A DNA stretch of 64,000 nt, taken from a virus (Duplodnaviria > Heunggongvirae > Uroviricota > Caudoviricetes). Below, one piece after another: positions 54,449-64,000 of the stretch. Location: positions 201,798 through 265,797 of IMG/VR virus record IMGVR_UViG_3300031992_004563. One strand, written 5' to 3'. Every line of letters begins with the position of its first letter. Within the stretch, counting starts at the first letter, position 1. The position numbers and the translations under genes are program-made. The notes beneath the pieces were generated by a model, which saw only the letters and a list, made by a program, of their open reading frames with translations, did not search any database and had not been told where the DNA came from.

Positions 54449-56200
54449 ATGGCAATTAATAAAAATATAATTAAAAATAAACCTGTTAATTTATGTGGTG
54501 TTCCTGAACCAAATCCAGATTATAGTTCAGCACCAATACCAATGCATTGCGAACAATGTCCAAAACCAATAGTCTATAATTCATTTGAAGAAGCAATGGC
54601 TGCATGCGAATTGTTTTTCTTAAAACCTGGAAAAACTCATACAGAATACTATAAAGATGATAATGAAATACATTGTGTAATAGCAATTGGAAATATATAT
54701 CAAAATAGAAGACATTTATATTTGTCTGATACTGGAAATAAATCGGCTATTGAACAATTTGAAGAATTGTTCAATACAAATGAAATTCAAGACGTTTCTA
54801 TTAATTTATTATTTCAATATATAAATGCTGAACCAATTTCAGATGCTTCTATAGAATCTTTGTTTCATAATGATATATACACTATTAATTTATGTTGTTA
54901 TACAAAAGGCGGATGTGTGCAAATTGAAGATGTTTATGATGAAACAAGAGTAGCAGAATGCACACCACATAATGAATATAAAACATATGTTGTTGGTGAT
55001 GAAGCGATTTTAACTGCAATTCCAAATAGAGGATATAAATTAAATTATTGGCTTTTAGATGCAAATTATGATGAACCAATTTATAATACATTTGTTAATT
55101 ATGTATTTAATGAAGAAAGAGGAGATATTAACGTAATCGGAACATTAAATGATGGTATGGAATAGGCACCAATTAAAAATGGTTATACTGCAATATTTAG
55201 CAAATTAATGGAATTAAAATTTGATACATCTGTTTTGAATGCCGATATTGCAGATAGTTTTGATGATGAACTAAACATTTCTGGTGATATTTATGAAATC
55301 TTTGATGGAGTTGCATATATTGATAAAGGACAAAATGCAACAATATTAGCAGAACCTGCAAATAAACATCATTTTATATACTTTGTAGTAGATTCTTCTA
55401 TTATATCTGAAATTAATCCATACACTATTGAAAATTTCACAGAAAATCATACTATTACTGGATATTTTGAAGAAGAACGATATAAATTCTTTGCTGAACC
55501 AAATATTGCAGAATATGGAAATATAGAAGTTACATATACATTAGATGGCAGACCATATGCTCCAAAAGCAAATACTGTTATTACTGGTGTGAATGCTAAA
55601 TTAAATGCCAGTCCAAAAGAAAAATATAAATTCAATTGTTGGCGATATGGTGTTGAAGAGGAACATGTTGGTGAAATTTATTCATTAGATCAACAAATCG
55701 ATGTTCTTATTGATGAAAACAGTGTCAAATATTTAGTTGCAGAATTTGAAAGAATTCAAGAATATATTTTTGAATTAAATGTTCCTAATGTAGATGAAGG
55801 TATTGTTACTGATAATGAGTATAATTTGAATAATGGAAGTATTATTGGCAATGATAATTTTGGCGGTATTGCATTTGATTCAAACACTCCGACTGACTTT
55901 AGCACAAATTATATTGAAGCTATTCCAACTGAGACAATTGTTGCAGGTTGTATATTAGAAATCAAAGGATGGATAAAATCTGGAGGTTCTGATCCACTTA
56001 CTAAAAAATTAAAATTCAAATCAATTAATGGAACATATAAGGATGATATGATATTTGAACATCATAGAAATACTGATGATGTTACAGAAGAAGAAATTGC
56101 TACATATACATATGTGTTCGACGAAGATATTGAAGGATCCTTATTTATTGGTGTAGACGTAAATACAATAAGATTGCATAGTATCAAAATATCAAAATAA
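54449..56200 (+). CDS. Virion surface/fibre protein with bacterial repeat (Flg_new/InlB-B-like) domains (583 aa, code 15)
   Basis: TAG 55163 joins two track ORFs in frame; repeats AILTAIPNRGYKLNYW, ATILAEPANKHHFIYF, AKLNASPKEKYKFNCW. Confidence 0.65.
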
Positions 56201-56209
56201 CTAAAATGA

Positions 56210-56605
56210 ATGAATAATAAATTTATGGAAAACAATAAAACAATTTTTGATTGGGAAAATACTGAATTATATACAAAAGAATTCAAAGAGTGGATTTGGA
56301 AACTCTTTAGAAAAGTTCATGCAAGAATTGGACACGTTGAAGAAAAATTAGCATTATTAGAACCAATAAAAATTAATGGTGAAGAACCAGTTGGTGAACG
56401 TTCAAATAATGAATTTGTTTCTGTTAGTGTAACAAAAGAAATGGAAAATGTAAATCTTAAATCTGAAGTTCAGCTTGCAGAGAAAGTTGAAGATGCATCT
56501 CTTCCAGATGGTTATATTCATGCAGAATCAACAGGATTAGCCAGTGATGGATATGTTAAAGATTACATTGAGGCTGTTTTCAAATGGGAAATAGTAAATG
56601 TCTAA
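56210..56605 (+). CDS. Hypothetical late protein
   Basis: 131 aa ORF in fibre cluster. Confidence 0.65.
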   Translation: MNNKFMENNKTIFDWENTELYTKEFKEWIWKLFRKVHARIGHVEEKLALLEPIKINGEEPVGERSNNEFVSVSVTKEMENVNLKSEVQLAEKVEDASLPDGYIHAESTGLASDGYVKDYIEAVFKWEIVNV

Positions 56606-56620
56606 AAATAATTTTGAAAT

Positions 56621-57634
56621 ATGAAAGAAAATATAAAATATTTCGAAACACTATAGGAAACTAATGGGTATTTAATTAAAGATATTCCATTCACTAGTTA
56701 TATTAAAGAAAAAGGATAGGTTTTATTTAATAATACACCGAATAAAATGTTAGTTATTTAGAATGGATAGGTTATTGTTCATGAGGTTGTTAATATAGTG
56801 TTTAATACTTTAGCTGAAGCTAATGGATATATTATTGAAACTATTCCATTTAGTTGTTATATTAAAGAGAATTAGCAGTTATTAGAATGCAATTAGGAGA
56901 ATTGCAAAATAGTTGTTGAGAATGGAGTTGCTATTATTAAAGAAATGAATGATATAATTAGATATACGGCAACAAGTAAAGTTGAACCGTATCAATCAAG
57001 TTCTTTACCTGCTATTATTTCTAATGATTTTGATCCAAATACCGGAAAAGGTGTTATTAAATTTGCAACTGATATTGAAAGCATTGGAACTAGTGCATTC
57101 AATCAATGCACTAGTTTGACTTCTGTAACGATTCCCAATAGCGTCACCAGAATTGGAAACTATGCTTTCTATGGTTGCAGCGGTTTGACTTCTGTTACGA
57201 TTCCCAATAGCATTACAAGCATTGGTTATAATGCTTTCTATGGCACCGGTTTGACCTCTCCTGTTTATAATGCACATCTCTTTGCGTATATGCTACCCTC
57301 TTATTCCGGAGAATATACCATACCGGATGGAATAGAAATCATTTCCAGTACTGCTTTCTATAGCTGCAGCAATTTGACTTCTGTAACGATTCCTAATAGC
57401 GTCACAAGCATTGGAGAATTGGCTTTCCAGTATTGCAGTGGTTTGACTTCTGTAACGATTCCTAATAGCGTCACCAGCATTGGAGAATTGGCTTTCTTTG
57501 GTTGCAGTGGTTTAATATCTATCTCATATACCGGAACAATATCTCAATATAATTCTATAACTAAAGGGAGTTATTGGCATAATAATGTTCCAGCAACAGT
57601 AGTTCATTGTACAGATGGCAATACGCCAATCTAA
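56621..57634 (+). CDS. BspA-type leucine-rich-repeat protein 1 (337 aa, code 15)
   Basis: LTSVTIPNSVTSIGxxAFxxC repeats; N-terminal domain contains six TAG. Confidence 0.88.
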
Positions 57635-57641
57635 TATTATA

Positions 57642-57695
57642 AAGTCTATTCAGATTGGTTTCTGAATAGATTACTAAAAATAATAAAAATAAAAT
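57642..57695 (+). repeat. Direct repeat (terminator hairpin + A-rich leader), copy 1
   Basis: aagtctattcagattggtttctgaatagattactaaaaataataaaaataaaa, identical at 63013. Confidence 0.85.
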
Positions 57696-57711
57696 TTTTT
57701 AATAAAAAATT

Positions 57712-60700
57712 ATGAATTATAAACAGTTTATTAGATCAAATTCACTAGCTGCTTTGTTTATAGAACCTGAAGCGGGTTGGGAAGCAGTTGCAGATGGTGA
57801 TATTAAACAACTAGAACTTATCCCAGATAGTTCTATTGCTAGTGAGTTTTCAATCATATTTGTTAATGATGCATCATATGGTAATTATATATGGACCGGT
57901 GGATATATTTATAATACTGCAAATGGAAGTGGTGGAAGTAGTGAAGGACATATTTATAATAAAGAAAAAGATTCATTGGCAGAAGGGACTAATGGTAGTA
58001 TTGGAGAATTAAATATTGCATCTGGAATTAGAAGTCATGCTGAAGGAAGAGGAACTGTTGCATCTGGAAATTATTCATAGTCTATTGGTGAATATACTAC
58101 TGCTTCTGGATGGGCATCACATGCAGAAGGATATGAATCTGATGCAACCAATGATTATGCACACGCAGAAGGATATTATACTAATGCATCTGGTTAGGCA
58201 TCGCATGCAGAAGGAAATACGACAACTGCATTAGGTCAATCATCACATGCAGAAGGAATTGGTGGTAATGTTACATTATTTTAGGTATATTGGAAACCAG
58301 AATTTGGTAATACTAGATTATATTATGATAGTATTAGATCAGACAGGTCTGCATCAGACTCAGCTTATAATTTCTTAGCTGGTTCAGATTTTCAATCTGA
58401 TGCTTGGATTGGTAATTCAGCTTCAGATATTACTGAAAAATATAGAATAGAAAAAACTAATAAATTTGCTGGATGGATTGGAAGAACATTATACAATGCA
58501 GACGGTTCAGTTTTAGGTGTAATTACAAGATTCCCTGATAAGTCTCAAGGCAAAAGTGGTAGTTGGTTTGAAATAGATAGAGCTGCACAAATACCTTCAG
58601 GCACATGGGTTTCTGCTTATATAAAAACTGGTGCAGCTGGTGAATCTTCTCACTCAGAAGGATATTTATCAGATGCTGCTGGCAAATATAGCCATGCTGA
58701 AGGTGAAAGAACTCGTGTTACTGGAACAGCAGCCCATGGTGAAGGAACAAAAACTCAAGCATATGGCGCATATTCTCATGCAGAAGGTGAACAGACACAA
58801 GCACTTGCATTTGGATCACACTCTGAAGGAAAATATACACATGCAGAAGGTGAATATACACATGTTGAAGGATATGATACTAAAGCATCAGGTTTATATG
58901 CACATACTGAAGGCATTCATTCATCTGCACAAGGCGAAGGCTCGCATGCAGAAGGATATAATTGTACTACAGATGGAAATACTTCATATAAAGAAACTAA
59001 ACATAAAGTAATTTTAGATTCAATAAGTGATCAAGCAATAACACTTAGATATGTTGACGAAGATGATTATGATAATTTCGTAATTTATTTTGATACTTTA
59101 AGAACTATATAGTTAATAAATCCAAATAATAGACGAGAAAAAATTTATTTAATAAATTGTGTAGTAGATTATACAGGTGATGATTATATCTATTTAAAAT
59201 TAAATTCTGATATTAAACAAGGTGCTTCAGTTATTGATTATGATCGTGGATATACAATAGGCGCAACATATGATGTTCTTAAAGAGGTTACAACAGTTGC
59301 TGCACATGCAGAAGGTAAAGATACAGAAGCAGCTCAAACTGCATCACACTCTGAAGGTATAAATACAAGAGCTGATGGAGATGCTGCACATGCAGAAGGT
59401 ATTGATTCAAAAGCGTTAAGCAAATATGCACATGCAGAAGGTGTAAATACATTTATAAACGAACATTCAGAAGGTTCTCATACTGAAGGATATGAATCTC
59501 AAACAAATTCAATTTATTCACATGCTGAAGGTTGGAAAACATTTGTACAAAGTAGAGAAGAATTTGTAAATAGAAATGCAAAAGTAAAAATACTATCATA
59601 CAATTCAACAACACACCATATTGTACTTAAATTATCTGAAGGTGATTTTTATTCTTTATGCTGTACATTTGATGAAAGAAAACAATCAAGTGTATAGTTG
59701 AAACCAATTGCAGATGAAGGTGAACGAATTAAACTTCATAATTTTATTGAATATTCAACAGATTATAGTAACGTTACTATAGAGTTGGCACCACGCTATG
59801 ATGTTTGGGGACCAGGTGAAAAAGAAGATCAAAGTGGAATAAAAGGTGACATTAGTTACAATATATCTGATTATCCAAATGCTATATTCCAAGTTAAACG
59901 TAATGAATATTTTGGATTTGGCGCTCATACAGAAGGTGGTGAAACATATACTGAAGGAACATATGCGCATGCAGAAGGTGAGCACACAAGAGCGTTAAAG
60001 CAATCAGCACATGCTGAAGGCTATTATGCAGATGCATCCGGTGAATATTCGCATGCAGAAGGTGTAAAAACTGAAACTAAAAACTATGCGGAACATGCAC
60101 AAGGATTTAGAAATGTTTCGCATAAAGCATCTTATGAATATGGAAACAAAGGAAACACACTATTTTCTGTTGGTGCTGGAGGAAATATAGAAGTTTATAA
60201 AGGTGAGCCAGAATTTATCGGATATTTTAAAGGTACTGAAGATTGGTCAGATCAAGTAAATTGGCAATATTATTCAGGAAGTGATAAAACAGCACTATTA
60301 AATTATTGTTTAATTACTGAAAGACATGAAATGCCTACACCAGATATAGCAGATATTGAAAATTTAGTTGGTAGCCAACTTTTCTCAGATGATGAGAAAA
60401 AACAATATCTTGGAACAGTTATTGCGGCTGCTCGATATGATTAGTCTGAACCTAGTTGGGCTTCAGCAAGAATTTATTTAGCATTAAACAAATATGTCGA
60501 TGTTACCATTGATCCTTATAATGCATTTTCTTGTTGGAGAGTTGAAAAATCTGATGAAACTGAATTTATTTACACTGGGGGTGAAGATCGTGCAAATGCA
60601 TTAGAAATAACACAAAATGGTGACATTTATGTTAGAGGTGCTGGTAATTTTGATGGAGACAATATTAGTGAAGCACAAACATTGCAATAGGTACTTAAAA

Positions 60701-60867
60701 ATGCTGATACAACTAATTTAATTCCATTATTTGAAACTATTTCTGCTGCACTAAATGATTTAAATGATAGATTAATTGCATTAGATACTGTGGTTTCAGC
60801 TACTTTAGTTAATCATGAAAATAGACTTCAAAATTTAGAAACTAATTATGAAATTCCTGAACCATAA
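57712..60867 (+). CDS. Tail fibre with YadA-head-like HAEG beta-roll repeats and inserted domains (1051 aa, code 15)
   Basis: Many (S/A)HAEGxxTxA repeats; frame open except for TAG; C-terminal coiled coil. Confidence 0.8.
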
Positions 60868-61561
60868 TCATAAAGAATTTAATATAGCCCATTTTCAAGG
60901 AACATCTTCTGAAGTATTCACTAAATTTCTAGATGATATAAAATCTAGAAATTTAGATGCGCTTCCTGATGATATAACACTTTTGTCAATCTGGACAACT
61001 GATGAAAAATGTATTCTTTATCAACAATTAAAAAATAATAATATTGAAATTGTAAATGGATATATTCCAAGAGAAGAAAAATGGTCAAATCCATATAAAA
61101 TCACTTGTATATTAGAATCATTAAAAAATATAAAAACCAAATATACAATAATTTTAGATGGTTATGATGTTGTAATTAATTCTTGGGATCATATTATTGA
61201 AAAGTTTTTAAATTATAATGCAGATATAGTATTTAATACATCAAAAAATAATTATCCACCATATTTTGGTGATGTTGTTGATACTGGAAATATTTCTAAA
61301 TTCAAATATTTAAATGCTGGATGTTGTATTGGATATACAGACAAATTGATTGATTTTTATAATGAAGTTGCAGATTATTATGAAAAACATCCTACAAATA
61401 AATGGAACAGCGAATAGTTAATAGTTAGAAGCGTTTATTCTAAATATTGCAAATATTCATCTGACTATAATTTAATTAAATTAGATTTAGATTGTGATAT
61501 TTTTCAAACATTTGGACAAATGATGTATAAAGAAAGAAAAGATTATATTATTATATATTAA
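60848..61561 (+). CDS. PLOD/procollagen-type glycosyltransferase domain protein (237 aa, code 15)
   Basis: IILDGYDV, FKYLNAGCCIG, SEQL (TAG at the Gln of the DDQL-like motif), LDLDCDIFQT. Confidence 0.7.
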
Positions 61562-61576
61562 AATTTTTAAATAAAA

Positions 61577-63010
61577 ATGATGAAAGAAAATATAAAATAT
61601 TTTGAAACATTAAATGATGCTAATGGGTATATAATTAATGATATTCCATTCACTGGTTATATTAAAGAAAATGGATAGGTTATATTTAATAATAAACCTA
61701 ATAAAATGTTAGTTATTTAGAATAATAAAGCAATAGTTCATGATATAGTTGATGTTATTTTTGAAACATTAAATGATGCAAATGGGTATATCATTGAAAC
61801 TATTCCATTCAGTTGCTATATTAAAGAAAATTATTAGTTTTTAGAATGCAATTAGGAAGATTGCAAAATAGTTGTTAAGAATGGAGTTGCCATTATTAAA
61901 GAAAGAGGTGATATAATTAGATATACAGCTACAAGTAAAGTTACACCATATCAATCAAGTTCTTTACCACGTATTATTTCTAATGATTTTGATCCAAATA
62001 CTGGAAAAGGTGTTATTAAATTTGCAATAGATGTCACAAGCATTGGAAGTTCTGCTTTCTATAATTACAGCAGTTTAACCTCTATTACTATTCCCAACAG
62101 CGTCACAAGTATTGGATATCGTGCTTTCTCTAACTGCAACAATTTGACCTCTGTGATGATTGGTAATGGTGTCACCAGCATTGGAGATAGTGCTTTCTAT
62201 AATTGCAGTGGTTTGGCTGGAGAATTAGTCATTCCAGATGGTGTCACCAGCATTGGAGATAATGCTTTCTATGGTTGCACCAGTTTGACCTATGTAACCA
62301 TTCCCAACAGCGTCACCAGCATTGGGATTCAGACTTTCTAGGGTTGCAGTAGTTTGGCCTCTCCTGTTTATAATGCTCATGTATTTGCGTTTATGCCGAC
62401 TTCTTATTCAGGTGCATATAATATTCCAGATGGTATTGAATCAATCACATATGGTGCTTTCTCTAGTTGCCGCGGTTTGACCTCTGTAACTATTCCAAAT
62501 AGCGTAACAAACATTGGAGATCTTGCTTTCTATAATTGCACAGGCTTGACTTCCATCGAGATTCCAGATAGCGTCACAAGCATTGGAGGGGATGCTTTCT
62601 ATAATTGCAGCAGTTTGTCCTCTCCTGTTTATAATGCGCATGTCTTTGCGTTTATGCTAACCTCTTATTCTGGTGCATACACTATTCCCGATGGTATTGA
62701 ATCTATTGCAGGAGGTGCTTTCTATAATTGCAGAGGTTTGACCTATGTAACCATTCCCAACAGTGTCACAAGCATTGGATATAGTGCTTTCTTATTGTGC
62801 ACTGGTTTGACCTCTGTGACGATTCCCAATAGCGTCATAAGCATTGGAAATAATGCTTTCTGGTCTTGCAGTGGTTTAACCTCTATCTCATATACTGGAA
62901 CAATATCTCAATATAATTCTATATCTAAAGGATTAGATTGGCATTCTGGTGTTCCAGCAACACAAGTTTACTGTTTAGGAGAAAATCCACCAGCTTATAC
63001 ACCAATTTAA
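61577..63010 (+). CDS. BspA-type leucine-rich-repeat protein 2 (477 aa, code 15)
   Basis: Paralog of 56621-57634 with the same N-terminal domain and more LRRs. Confidence 0.88.
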
Positions 63011-63012
63011 TT

Positions 63013-63065
63013 AAGTCTATTCAGATTGGTTTCTGAATAGATTACTAAAAATAATAAAAAATAAA
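63013..63065 (+). repeat. Direct repeat (terminator hairpin + A-rich leader), copy 2
   Basis: Identical to 57642 copy. Confidence 0.85.
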
Positions 63066-63075
63066 AATAAAAATT

Positions 63076-64000
63076 ATGACAGAACATATTCAACTTATTA
63101 AATCAGAGGCTGATATGCCAGGTGAATTAATTCCAAATGCAATTGTTATGAATGGCACTAACGAAACTTTAAAAATTAATAATGTTATTACTAGTTTTAA
63201 AGGTGTAAAAGAATTTGCAAGTTTATTTGATGCTGAAGAATTAAATCATTATAATACTCGTGGTGCAGTGTTATCATACGATAATGGTATATTTAAAGCA
63301 TGGAATGGTGATCCAGACAATCTAGAATGGCAATTTGATGAATTTCCAGAAGGATTGTGTGTAGGTGCTACAGATACATCTGCATATTTTAGATATCCAA
63401 ATGATGATGATAATTATTCAGATAGTAATGGAATGCTCTTTATCAATGATGAAAACTGGATTGGTAAAGATAGTGAAGGAAATAATGTTATATTATATGC
63501 TGGTATTCCTACAACACATGGAACACCTATTGCAGTATGTCTTGGTAAAGGATTATGGCATGTTTTAAATTGGCAAGAACGTGATGCCGAAGGAGTTGTT
63601 ACATTTAAAAATCTTAAATGGGCAACAAACGATACCGGAGTAGATCATTTATATAATGATTTTATTATGGGCGCATTTAGAACAAACGATGGTGCTAAAG
63701 CAAGTAAAGCTATATATCAACATGCGTATCTTAGTGAATCTCCATTATTCACCGCTGTTAAAAACTTTAATTCCCCAGGTGGAATAAATGTTCCTGGTGT
63801 AGCTGGGCGTTGTTTTGTTCCATCAATTATGGAAAATTTTGAAATTTGGAAAAATCTTCAAACAGTTGATGAGCAACATTATAAAGGAAGTTCATTAAAT
63901 GAAGAATATGATAGTGATCATACTGGTATAAATTTTAGAAGTAAATTATGTTGTGCTGTGTTGTACTCTATTGGCCACGATTATTGGTCTAGTTCTTAGT
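63076..64000 (+). CDS. Probable fibre/receptor-binding protein, possibly C-type-lectin fold; runs off window
   Basis: NDGAKASKAI, CFVPSIMENFEIWKN, DYWSSS pattern; follows the same repeat as the tail-fibre gene. Confidence 0.5.

Noticed and set aside
58016-59011. Alternative-frame ORFs 58016-58234 and 58631-59011
   Set aside because: Off-frame readings of the HAEG repeats of the tail-fibre gene

Overview
Very AT-rich, gene-dense segment of a large tailed dsDNA phage with T4-like head and baseplate modules. The host is probably Bacteroidota (TAnnTTTG promoters, BspA-LRR and FISUMP-like domains), and the overall picture is consistent with a Lak-like megaphage, though that is inference. The phage reads TAG as Gln (genetic code 15). 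Re-translating by hand joins the fragmented ORF track into long genes: 16854-19661, 19678-21213, 21307-24159, 38713-41277, 41280-46253 (1657 aa) and 57712-60867. Nearly TAG-free, minus-strand 'early' blocks (534-15931, 33743-38209, 50053-54364) encode a divergent PurA + vWA trio, M13 peptidase, YqeY, S1-domain protein, probable sliding clamp, CofE-like ligase and SmpB. These alternate with TAG-rich late/virion blocks encoding a gp53-like wedge, gp14-like neck, gp21-like prohead protease, tail fibres, BspA adhesins, a PLOD-like glycosyltransferase and a spanin-like protein. The top leads are: (1) an unannotated 193-nt rod-like RNA with 6S-like architecture at 32103-32295 (-), bracketed by a late promoter and a terminator; (2) two families of N-terminal leaders ending in [LI]xE protease-type sites, fused to unrelated cargo proteins, a putative capsid-loading system; (3) TAG codons placed as 5' gates and isoform switches. 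No tRNA, CRISPR array, reverse transcriptase or transposase was seen.
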